This document shows positions 1-12,700 of a DNA stretch of 64,000 nt, piece after piece (positions within the stretch are counted from its first letter, which is position 1; every line of letters starts with the position of its first letter). Position numbers and translations under genes: made by a program. The stretch lies in the NCBI GenBank assembly GCA_002269645.1, contig NIVC01002080.1, positions 142,608 through 206,607 of the forward strand, written 5' to 3'. The notes beneath the pieces are model-generated. The model saw only the letters and a program-made list of their open reading frames with translations, did not search any database and was not told the DNA's origin. This DNA is from Macrostomum lignano. Taxonomy: Eukaryota.

Positions 1-18
1 ACTTCTAATAGTAGTGCT

Positions 19-784
19 ATGGACGAGCAGCAAATGGACCTGCTGCTAAGTGTTATCAATGACCAGCAGCAGCAGCCGCAGACTCCGCAGTCTCAACAGT
101 CCAGCCTTAATGGCGTCCAAGCGGCAAGTCCAGTGCAGCAGCAGCAGCAGCAACAGCAACAGTCTCAGCAGTCATTGCTTCAGCAAGCTCACCAATCTGA
201 GCAGCCTGTTGTTAGCAATTCCACCTTAACCAATCTGCTGCAGCAAATTCTTCAGCAACAACAGCAGCAGCAGCAGCAGCAGCAGCCAGCTTTGTCACTG
301 CAGCCGGCCACTGCCAGTCAGCTGGCTTACGCCTGCGGCGGCTCTTCAGACTTGAGCAACCTGTTGCAGGCTTTGGCTAGCCAGACTGCTCAAATGCAGT
401 CGGTTATTTTAGCTTTGTTAAAGCAACAGCATCAGCAACAGCAGCAGCAGCAGCAGCAACAGGTGCATCTGCTTCAGCCTCAGCGTCTCGTTCCAGCAGC
501 CAACGATAGCTTTTTGAAAACCCTGATCGCCGAACTGGAGGTCAAGGCCGAGCCTCCTGAACAGCAGCGCCAATTGACGCCTTCCACTGTGTCAGCCTCT
601 CTGCCTGCCAGCTCGACTCTCCGGTCAATCCTAACAGACTCTTCTACCTCAGCCGCTATCGGCCGCTATGCTGCACCGCCAGCTGCTTTGAATCTCTGGC
701 AGCATCAGCAGCAGCCTGCCGAACAGCAAATGCAGCAACAACAGCTTCCATCTGCAGATCAGCTGATATCTCTCTCTAGAGAAG
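19..784 (+). CDS. NFAT5: NFAT5-like exon 1 (polyQ-rich region)
   Basis: ATG at 19; donor GAAG|GTGAGA at 784/785, phase 1 compatible with the acceptor at 1176. The true start could lie upstream of the window. Confidence 0.75.
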
Positions 785-3700
785 GTGAGAAGTATTGTTT
801 GTGCTGTTGGCGAATGGGTTTTACAATGCATATTTTTTGCCACGCACTGGCCCAATCAAATGACTTCCTGGCCACTCGTGTTAGGGTATAAGTTGAAGTT
901 CATGTGTCAGGGTTTAGGTTAGGGCTCATGTTAGGGTTTAGGTTAGGGCTCAAGTGTTAGAGTTTAGGTTAAGGTTCTTACGTTAATGTTTAGGTTGGAG
1001 TTTAGGTTGGGGTTTAGTTTAGGCTTTTTGTGTTGAGGTTTAGGTTAGAGTTAGGGTTAGGACTCTTGTGTTAGGGTTTAGATTTAGGTTAGGGTCGGCA
1101 GTCGTGGGCAATGCACATTAAGACTTAACCAGATCAAACGCGAATGATATTTAAACTGAATATAAATATATTTTAGCGCAACCGTCCCAGTGTCTTGTGG
1201 CGCCAGTAGCTTCATCGTCTTCGTCTGCACCGCCTCCGGATGTCGTCGGCGCCACCGGCGGCGGTAGCAGCAGCGGCGGCGGCGGCGGCAACTACAAGTA
1301 CAAGCGTGCCCGCGTCTCCGACACTGCCATGTCGTCCTCGTCATCGCCGGCCAGCTCCTCGTGCACGTCGCCCGCCCGAAGCCGGTCGCCAATAACCGTG
1401 GTGGATTCGGACACCCAGTTGTCAAGTATTAGACGCGACTGCGGCGAGTTGTTCCTCGGATCGGCATCCGAGGACGAGCCCGGCATTCTGTCTGGCGAAG
1501 CGTCCAGTCTGCGGTCTGAATTGCTGAAGCGACGGAACTCCGCTGCCGCCGCGGCCGCTGCTGCCGCTGCCGCTTCGGGCTCCAGCTTCGGTGGCGGCCA
1601 AGACAGGCAGGCTTCGTCTATTGAATACGGCAGCGTGTCCAGGTTGGCTGCTCTTGCATATAGTGCTTAATCCTTGCTACTGTTTTTTGATTGAAGTACT
1701 TGCTGGGCCAGCCTCCCAGATCCCTCAGTTGCTGGGCCAGCCTCTCAGATCCTCAGTTGCTGGGCCAGCCTCCCAGATCCCTCAGTTGCTGGGCCAGCCT
1801 CCCAGATCCCACAGTTGCTGGGCCAGCCTCTCAGATCCTCAGTTGCTGGGCCAGCCTCCCAGATCCTCAGTAGTTGCTGGGCCAGCCTCTCAGATACTCA
1901 GTTGCTGGGCCAGCCTCCCAGATCCTCAGTTGCTGGACCAGCCTCCCAGATCCTCTGTAGTTGCTGGGCCAGCCTCTCAGATCCTCAGTTTCTGGGCCAG
2001 CCTCCCAGATCCTCAGTTGCTGGGCCAGCCTCCCAGATCCTCAGTTGCTGGGCCAGCCTCCCAGATCCTCAGTTGCTGGGCCAGCCTCCCAGAGTTCCTC
2101 TGTTGCTGGGCCAGCCTTCCAAATCCTCAGTTGCTGGTCCAGCCTCCCAGATCCTCAGTTGCTGGGCCACTCATCCTCTCAGATCCTCAGTTGCTGGGCT
2201 AGCCTCCCAGATCCTAAGTTGCTGGACCACCCTCCCCAGTTGCTGGGCCAAGAGCAAAACCAGATTAAAACAAATTTTATCCTATATTTTTTTGCCCTTC
2301 CTAACCTAATCTCCGCATTCTATTAATAAGCCAAATTCAAATTTACTCAACCGTGTCACAATTGAAAACAGCCTCACTTAATCCGAATCTCCACCCGTAT
2401 CGCAGCTGCAGGTCAGACGAGGTTACCTCTTCCCCTGCATCGGTGCACACGAACTTTTCTGGCGACGCAGGCAGCGATCGGCGCCGGTCTGGCAAGCCCA
2501 GCCTATTCAACTGCTATCCGAGGAAGCACGGCCCATTCGAACTGCTAATTGTCTCCCAGCCCGAGCAGCACCACCGGGCTCGGTACATGACCGAAGGCTC
2601 GCGCGGCTCGGTTAAGGATCGGTCGCAGCAGGGCTACCCCACTGTGCAGGTGAGCGGCTTCCTAGTAGATTCTTGGGTAGAGTTGTCCATTCTGTCATTA
2701 GCCTCAGGTAGAGCTGTCAACCCTGTCATTAGCCTCAGGTAGAGCTGTCCATCCTGTCATTAGCCTCAGGTAGAGCTGTCAACTCTGTCATTAGCCTCAG
2801 GTAGAGCTGTCAACCCTGTCATTAGCCTCAGGTAGAGCTGTCAACCCTGTCATTAGCCTCAGGTAGAGCTGTCCATCCTGTCATTAGCCTCAGGTAAAGC
2901 TGTCAACCCTGTCATTAGCCTCAGGTAGAGCTGTCAACCCTGTCATTAGCCTCAGGTAGAGCTGTCCATCCTGTCATTAGCCTCAGGTAAAGCTGTCAAC
3001 CCTGTCATTAGCCTCAGGTAGAGCTGTCAACCCTGTCATTAGCCTCAGGTAGAGCTGTCCATCCTGTCATTAGCCTCAGGTAGAGCTGTCAACCCTGTCA
3101 TTAGCCTCAGGTAGAGCTGTCCATCCTGTCATTAGCCTCAGGTAGAGCTGTCAACCCTGTCATTAGCCTCAGGTAGAGCTGTCCATCCTGTCATTAGCCT
3201 CAGGTAGAGCTGTCAACCCTGTCATCAACATCGGTAGACCCGTCAGATACCCTCGAGTAACCAAGCTAAACTGTTAACTGAATCTCTAAACAGATTTAGT
3301 TTGCTGGGTGTCTGGTCTGGCCTGGAGTATGCCGTATTGTATTTTAATTTAGGAGCAACCCGTACTCACAGAACAGTTAACGGCTTGATTAGTAAGCATA
3401 ACAGTGACCCTTTCTGTTATAACTTGCTATAATACCAGGGCGTAATGTATCTCGCATCAGTTAAATTGCGTATCTACTATTATCTCAGTATAAGTTGTGC
3501 TATGCCCTGCATTACACTGTACTCATTTGCGCATAGGGACAGGCTCGTAGCAAGGCCAGAACACAGCGCGCTCACGCGGCCCCTTTAACCTCTCTTCTTT
3601 AATCAGTTTAATCAGGTGTTCACGCAGGCCCCGTATGACAGTTCAAGTGTTAGTACCTGGCGTACGATCCCCGAGCGCTTTTGTCCAAGTCTATTTGTAA

Positions 3701-6700
3701 TAGAGAGAGAACGAAATTCGGTCGGCATGCCATTGATAAAGCGCTGTGCTGAGCTGCGGGTCTGCCTAAATTTCTACTACAATAGTTAATACGATATGAC
3801 TGGTAAAATGTGCTTTGAATAATTCTCCGAGTTCTGGTCAGTTGGCTAATTCTTTCCTGGTATAAGTATTAAAAGGGCGACCTAAACAGAAGGACGGGAA
3901 ACTTCTGAGCGCCTACAAGCGCGCCAATGCTCACACAGTGACACAGGGTGTACAGCGGTCCTGACTTTCTAATCGTCAGGCATGTACACTCTCTGGGCCT
4001 TTGGGGTTTGGCCCTCATGGCTCTGAATCGCACGACAACCCCCCCCCCCGGCTTAGTTTTCGTGCAGCTTATCAAGTGTCCATAAATTAGAAAGAAAGAG
4101 CTAGCCTTCAAATATTTTTCTAAGAAATATAAGGTTAATCCCGTCACCAATTTATCCGCTTTAAGATTATTTATATAATAGAAATTCGATTAAATGCTTT
4201 GTTTTTTGTTAGGATTATGTTTCTGTGTCTGAAACCGGTTGTAGGTGGGTAGCGGTGGCTACGGCGAAAACTGTTGCCGATGCACTTAACCTATTTTTAG
4301 ATTGCTATATTTACTATTAGGAGTAAGAGACGGAGGGGCAGAGAGTCAGACCGGCTTGGCCCTCTGTGTGCGGCCAGTTTTCTTGCTTTTCTTGTCCTTC
4401 TGCAGATAAACCCCGACCTTGTCTTAAAGTCCTCATTTCTGACGCGCGGCAATAGATTCTCTTTTAGTTGTTGCTAGCTGCATACTAATTTTAAGATTCG
4501 CTGGCTATTTTCAACTAGTATCGTATATTATCCGGTAAACTGGGCGCCAGAATGCCAGAATGGCGCCAGTGTATATGTGGCGCCGGAATGAGCAACTGTG
4601 TGGCACCGGAATGAGTAACTGTGTGGCACCGGAATGAGCAACTGTGTGGCACCGGAATGAGCAACTGTGTGGCGCCGGAATGAGCAACTGTGTGGCACCG
4701 GAATGAGCAACTGTGTGGCACCGGAATGAGCAACTGTGTGGCACCGGAATGAGCAACTGTGTGGCGCCGGAATGTGTACATGTGTGGCGCTGGAATGAGT
4801 ACATGTGTGGCGCCGGAATGTGTACATGTGTGGCGCTGGAATGAGTACATGTGTGGTGCCGGAATGAGTACATGTGTGGCGCCGGAATGAGTACATGTGT
4901 GGCGCCGGAATGAGTACATGTGTGGCGCCAAAAGGACTGTTCTAATGACTAAACGAGTGCTATATTAGGTCACACATTGTAGGCTACCGATTTGTAGACA
5001 GTTAGCTAATTGAGAGTTATTAGCTAAGTATAATATTCTACATGTATACCATGCCTATAAATTTACGATGATCTTCTGTGTTAGAAGTTTGCGCATTTGC
5101 GGCTGGTGGCTAATCTGTGCGGTTGCGGGTGAATGCGGGGTTATAATGAGTTTGGAACTACTGCTAATGCTAGCACTTATGAGAGAGTGGTGGGGGCATG
5201 GCAGATACAGATGCGCTGGCTTTAGCTACAGCACAATGGCTCCATGTCAGGCATGTTGCCTCTCGCGGATAATATAGTTTTTTCACTTGCTTAGCTTCAC
5301 TTGCTGTCGTAGCATGTATAAAAATATACCTAATATTATAGCATAGCCTAAACACTGAAGTAAGGAAAGACACTACCAATAGTGCACAAGGTACTCTCCA
5401 GAAGAGTCTATGCACCGTTGCATCCCCTCAAACAACTTATTGAAGCAGCTGGACCACTATGAACTTGACACCCCCTTGACATGCTTGATGAAGGCCTCGA
5501 CTGCAGCTTCCGGCGATGAATAACGACTGCCACGCATCTGCTTGATTTGCCGAAACACGAAGAAGTCGCACGGGGGTCAGATCTGGGCTGTAGGGTGGAT
5601 GGCCGAGCTCTTGAATGCGTTTTTCAGCCAGGAATTCGACCACTTGCCTGGACGCGTGGGCTGGGGGGGTTGTCTTGATGAAGAAGCACACCTGAGCTCG
5701 AGCCTTGGGTGGCAACTAGAGAGACAAGTCAGCACTTTTGGCAAGCAGCAGTTGGTACACCAGTTGCCAGTGACTGTGCGTTGCTGCGCAAGTGGCACGG
5801 TCGCTAGATGATCAGCTTTCATCACAAAAATGGCCACCATCTGCTTTTTCCACGCTACGCTCTCGCTGCAGCTTCAATGGTGGAGCGCCTCCAACTGGTG
5901 TCCACTGGATCGACTGCTGCTTGGTCTCTGGGTCAAAACTACAGATCCATGATTTGTCACCACTGACGAGTTCCCAGATCGAGTTTGAGCGGCCACCATC
6001 GAATCTGTCAAGCATGGCATGGCACCAAGCCATCCGAGCCTTCTTTGCTCCTCCACCAGGTCATGAGACACCTAACGTTCAGAAACCTTGCTCAGGTTGA
6101 GCCTTGAGTGCAGGATCGTGCGGATGGTTCCCGATGAGATGCCCACTTCTGTCTCTATCTGGGTCACAGTTACCCAGGCATCATCCTTAATCATGGCCCG
6201 AATGGCAGCAACATTCTCTTCGCTTGCTGCGGAGGTGGGCCGGCCGCTGCACTCTTCATCATCCAGACTCCGCTGGCCACGTCGAAATGTGGCAAACCAC
6301 TCAAAAACAGTGTTCCTGGAAGGTGCTTGATTGCCGAAAGCCGCTTGAAGTCGCTCAAAGCTCTCATACTGCCTTAGACCACTTTTGTAGTCATAGTAAA
6401 TCATTGCTCTCAAATGGTCTCTGTTGAGCTCCATTGTGAATTCTCAGTGTTTGAGGGTATGCTAACTTTTCGTGTGCGTAGCACAGGCTTTATAGAGTGA
6501 ATTTGTCTGAAATCGCACAAATATAATCACAAGATGATGTACATGTATATAATACCTGCTATGCCAAATTGTGTACATCACCCTCAATTCGTCCATCCAG
6601 AAACTTATTGAATACCCCTCGTATTGATGTACATGTAATATGGTCGATGTACCTTTTGGAATTAGGTCGGATCTGAGTTCAGGCTTTTCGGGATCGGGAT

Positions 6701-9700
6701 CAGGATCAAGTGTTATGTGATCGGGATAGAGGGTTTTTAGGATCGGAATCAAGTGTTATTGGAATCGAGGGTTATCGGGATCGAGGTTTATCGGGATCGG
6801 GATCGAGGGTTTTTGGGATCGGGATCGAGGGTTTTTGGGATCGGGATCAGGATCAAGTGTTATGTGATCGGGATAGAGGGTTTTTAGGATCGGAATCGAG
6901 TGTTATTCTGATCGAGGTTTATTGGGATCGGGATCAAGGGTTTTTGGGATCGGGATCGAGGGTTTTTGGGATCAAGATCGAGAGTTTTCGGAATCGAGAG
7001 TTTTCGGGATTGAGAGTTTCCGTGATCAGATCCAAGATTTTCGGGATCGGGGTGCAGGAATTTTAGGAATCGAGATCCCGTACTACTTTTACCCGGTCAC
7101 AACAGAAGTTAAACTGAAGCTCTGCTTAAATTACGACTTCCCAGCTGCGTGTACTAACCGCAGCTAACTTTGCTTAACCTTGCAAACTACGGTATAAGGT
7201 CTGAAACTAAAAAGTCGGGGGTTCGATTCTCAACCTACTCTAAGAAACAATCTGTGTCCTTGAGCAAGACACTGAACTCTGCATTGCTTCCGTTCACCCA
7301 GCTGTAGAATGGGTGCCAGCATTAGCTGGGGTAATTGAGGGTGTGCGTGGCGACCCCCCAGTCCTTGGACCGAACAGCCGTACGCAGCCTTCAGATGCGC
7401 CGCGCAATAGCTGTTAGGGCGTAGGTGTAATCAATATAATAATAAATATTATTATTATTGCAAGCTATAATAAATAATCCCTGCTCTATGCTCATATTAT
7501 CCCGCAGCTGATTGGCTGGTCGCAGCCAGCCAGCCTGTCAATTTTTGTTGGCACAGATGTTGGCCGGGTGAAGCCGCACGGCTATTATCAGGCCTGCAGA
7601 GTGTCCGGCAAAGCCACCACGTGCGAGGCGGTAGAAACCGAACAGGAGGGCACCCGAGTGCTGGAGGTGCCGTTCGATCCGCAGAAGAATATGATACTCA
7701 AGTGAGTTATTTGTTAGTTGGATTTGCTTTTTATTTAAAGTTTATGTTTATGATAATCAGCTGGCTGGTTACATGCATACTGCCAACTTAGCCCCGTTCT
7801 CTCTCTCTCTTTCTCTCTGTGCCACATGCCGCCTCAAGCTTATGATAGTTCTGTATATGTGTTGCACGCACACCTGGTTTTACCTAATTTCTCTTATCTA
7901 TTCACCTGTCGGCGTTCTTTGTTCGCCTACTTAACTTACACTTCGCTTATTAATACCTCTGTTTAAGCTTGCGAAAAAGTTTGCTTTATTGGTCTAATAG
8001 AGAGCTTACTATCTGCATTTCGGACCCTGGGACTGACAAGACTGAAGGGGCGTTGGTGTACCCTAGCCACTTTTTATATATATAGCTACCGACCGTTCTT
8101 AGTTCCAAGCTGCCATTTCCTTGCATATTTTTTTATTACCGCACTTTAAGCGCCATTGTCACTCAACCGGGGAGAGGCGTTACTGCCCATTCCGCCTTGA
8201 CTCCCGTTAGGCATGTACACTTCACTGTGCCTCGGGGGGTTGGCCCTCAAGGCCGTTAATTGCACGAGCAGAGCCAAGCCGAGATTCCAATTTAGCCCCA
8301 AATTAATGTGACTGCACTTGGGATCGAGTCTGGGCCGCTGGCACATGAGAGCTCTGCGCTAGACCACTGGGCTAATGTATATCTAGACTATCTAGTGTTA
8401 ATATTATTATTAATGTCTTTCAAGTCAGCCAAGTATCGCTAGTGCTTTTCTCTAAAAATATACATTGCCGACAACCGTATGCAATTTCTGGCTGTGTATT
8501 TTTGCTTTAAAAAGAGAATAAACACTAATATGTGTTAGATTAACACGCGGTTGCTTCTTTAAGCGCTGTGTCTGCCTTATTGGATAGTCAAATCTAGCGG
8601 AGATAAACGATCGGAGGGCACGCTGTACTGTTTTAGTCGTAGCAGCTGTAAAAACCTTCCGATTGCTGGTCAAAATCATAATAGTAAATAGAAAATTGAG
8701 GCACAATTAATTGCTGTACAAATACACTATTCTTAGTACAGTGAGTAGGCTTATATAGAATATCGTGTCATTTTCTTTCGTTATTATCAAATATGAAAAG
8801 AAATGGGTTGGAACACCTCGGCCATATAGTTTGCATTGCCTCAATTAATTAACTTGAGAGTCCGCTGTAATCCCCAACGTTAATCCGTGCCCGCGTTGCT
8901 AATCCACCCCGCCAGTCTGGACTGCGTGGGCATCCTGAAGCTGCGCAACGCCGATGTCGAACAGAAGCGCGGAGTCGGCAAGAATCGAAAGAAGAGCATC
9001 AAAGCTAGGCTGGTTTTTCGAGTCAACCTGCCGCTGGGCGGTGGAAACTTCATCACACTGCAGGCTGCCTCCGATCCTATTGTGTGCAGTGAGTGCCGCG
9101 CAGAGTCATAATCCCATATCTTATCCTATTTCATCCTATCAGTCCCACCATCCCGAAGAGCTAATCCCAGCCTCAATTTTGTGTGATTTGCTCCTTGATA
9201 AGCCCAAGCCGAATATGAGCATGATTCCGCTACAATAATCCCATTACGATAATCGCGAAGTACCCCACTCTGATAATTCCATTACGATAATCCCCAACTA
9301 TCCCACTCCGATAATCCCATTACGATAATCCCCAACTATCCCACTCCGATAATCCCATTACGATAATCCCCAACTATCCCACTCCGATAATCCCATTACG
9401 ATAATCCCCAACTATCCCACTCCGATAATCCCATTACGATAATCCCCAACTATCCCACTCCGATAATCCCATTACGATAATCCCCAACTATCCCACTCCG
9501 ATAATCCCATTACGATAATCCCCAACTATCCCACTCCGATAATCCCCAACTATCCCACTCCGATAATCCCATTATGATAATCCCCAACTATCCCACTCCG
9601 ATAATCCCATTACGATAATCCCCAACTATCCCACTCCGATAATCCCCAACTATCCCACTCCGATAATTCCATTATGATAATCACCAACTTTCCCACTCCG

Positions 9701-12700
9701 ATAATTCCATTATGATAATCCCCAACTTTCCCACTCCGATAATCCCGTTAAGATAATCCCCAACTATCCCACTCCGATAATCCCATTACGATAATCCCCA
9801 ACTATCCCACTCCGATAATCCCATTACGATAATCCCCAACTATCCCACTCCGATAATCCCCAACTATCCCACTCCGATAATCCCATTACGATAATCCCCA
9901 ACTATCCCACTCCGATAATCCCCAACTATCCCACTCCGATAATCCCATTATGATAATCCCCAACTATCCCACTCCGATAATCCCATTACGATAATCCCCA
10001 ACTATCCCACTCCGATAATCCCCAACTATCCCACTCCGATAATTCCATTATGATAATCCCCAACTTTCCCACTCCGATAATCCCGTTAAGATAATCCCCG
10101 ACTATTCCACTCCGATAATCCCGTTATGATAAACACTTACTGTCCCACTCCGATAATCCCCATACTAACAATTTCTAGTTGGATAATCCCTATCTGATTG
10201 TCCTGTCCGTCAGTAATCCATTTTTACAACTCCCATCTTGGCATTCCATTCAGATAATCCCCGTTCTCATACTTTAACCCACACCGCACCCCGCAGTCAC
10301 CCAATAGTCCCACTTTTAGCGTTACACGAGCGCACCTGTCTTAAACTAAATCTTTCGCTCAACATCTTTTTAGCCCAGCCTGTGGGCTCCCCAGAGATGC
10401 ACAGAATCTCCATGATGGAGGGCCCGTGCCACGGCAACGAGGACATGTTCATCATTGGCAAGAACTTCACCAAGGGCACCCGGGTCATATTCCAGGAGTA
10501 CATTGAAAACAAAGGCGTAGTGTGGGAGGCCGAGGCCAAGGTCGAGTCCGAGTACTTCTCGCAGACTCACTTAATCTGCCGGATTCCGCCGTACGGCAAT
10601 CCGGACTTGAAGAACCCGCTGACGGTGCAGGTGGTGATCCACTGCGGGCCTCGGGTGTCCGAGCCATTCTATTTCACCTATAAGCCTGGTGAGTCTGATA
10701 ATAATAATCGTTTTTTGTTTTTTCTCCTGCTACTTACTTATACTTTTACTGTTAGTATAGTAGATGGAGATTTAAACGCTAAGCATAGGTCTAAAGTACA
10801 CTAATGCAAGCATCGCTGACAACACTTCAGTTACCTGTCCGAACGATTTGTCGGCCGTCACACTGCTAAAAGCAGCCGCTGCAGCCACTGGCAGCGACAG
10901 TCCGGGCGACTTGAAGCCGTCGCTGTCCTGCGTGTCGCCTAGTGAGTTTTGTAGCATAGGGGCTGTGTGGGAAAGTTTTAAGGATGTTTTGGGATAGTTT
11001 GGAAAATGAGAGAGCGGATAATGAACTGGGTGAGAGCGGAGAATGCACTGGGTGAGAGCGGAGAATGCACTGGGTGAGAGCGGAGAATGCACTGGGTGAG
11101 AGCGGAGAATGCACTGGGTGAGAGCGGAGAATGCACTGGGTGAGAGCGGAGAATGCACTGGGTGAGAGCGGAGAATGCACTGGGTGAGAGCGGAGAATGC
11201 ACTGGGTGAGAGCGGAGAATGCACTGGGTGAGAGCGGAGAATGCACTGGGTGAGAGCGGAGAATGCACTGGGTGAGAGCGGAGAATGCACTGGGTGAGAG
11301 CGGAGAATGCACTGGGTGAGAGCGGAGAATACACTGGGTGAGAGCGGAGAATGCACTGGGTGAGAGCGGAGAATGCACTGGGTGAGAGCGGAGAATGCAC
11401 TGGGTGAGAGCGGAGAATGCACTGGGTGAGAGCGGAGAATGCACTGGGTGAGAGCGGAGAATGCACTGGGTGAGAGCGGAGAATGCACTGGGTGAGAGCG
11501 GAGAATGCACTGGGTGAGAGCGGAGAATACACTGGGTGAGAGCGGAGAATGCACTGGGTGAGAGCGGAGAATGCACTGGGTGAGAGCGGAGAATGCACTG
11601 GGTGAGAGCGGAGAATGCACTGGGTGAGAGCGGAGAATGCACTGGGTGAGAGCGGAGAATGCACTGGGTGAGAGCGGAGAATACACTGGGTGAGAGCGGA
11701 GAATGCACTGGGTGAGAGCGGAGAATGCACTGGGTGAGAGCGGAGAATGCACTGGGTGAGAGCGGAGAATGCACTGGGTGAGAGCGGAGAATACACTGGT
11801 TGAGAGCGGAGAATACACTGGGTAAGAGCGGAGAATACACTGGTTGAGAGCGGAGAATACACTGGGTAAGAGCGGAGAATGCACTGGGTGAGAGCGGAGA
11901 ATACACTGGTTGAGAGCGGAGAATACACTGGTTGAGAGCGGAGAATACACTGGGTAAGAGCGGAGAATACACTGGTTGAGAGCGGAGAATACACTGGGTA
12001 AGAGCGGAGAATGCACTGGGTGAGAGCGGAGAATGCACTGGGTGAGAGCGGAGAATGCACTGGGTGAGAGCGGAGAATGCACTGGTTGAGAGCGGAGAAT
12101 ACACTGGTTGAGAGCGGAGAATACACTGGGTGAGAGCGGAGAATGCACTGGATGAGAGCGGAGAATGCACTGGAAGGCTGAATCAGTAAGCGAGTCTTTC
12201 TAATTGCTTTGCAGTGGCAGCCCAGTTGAACAAGCTGATTGAGGAGAGCTGCCGCAGTCAGCAGCAGCAGCAGCAGCAGCAGGAGTCTGCGCACTACAGC
12301 GCCGCCTCCGCAGCCAGTCAGGAGCTTCTGCCTGACCTTGGCAACTCGGCTATGGACTGGAATGTCAGCCTACAGCCAGCCGAGCAGACGGTTGATCATC
12401 AGCAGGTTGGCGGAGGCGGCGCCAGCGCTGTCGGCTTGCCGCTGCCCGCCTGGTCTCCGGTCACCGATCCGACTGTGGCGGTGCCGGCTCAGGCCGCGGT
12501 GGCTCCGGCGTCAACCGCCGCTTCTTACATGCAGCTGAGCAGCCAAGTGCTGGACTCTCTGTTCAACGGCGCCACAGGCGTCAATTCGGACTCGGTGGCA
12601 GTCTCAGCCGAGGCAGTCGGACCCGAGTCTGTCGACGTGCTGTCTAACGCCGTACCGACGTCAGCGGCCGGCACAGTTGACGATTCGTCCGTTTTTATGC

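Noticed and set aside
1380-1410. SPITVV as a calcineurin-docking PxIxIT motif
   Set aside because: The spacing does not fit the consensus and the RHD is NFAT5-type.
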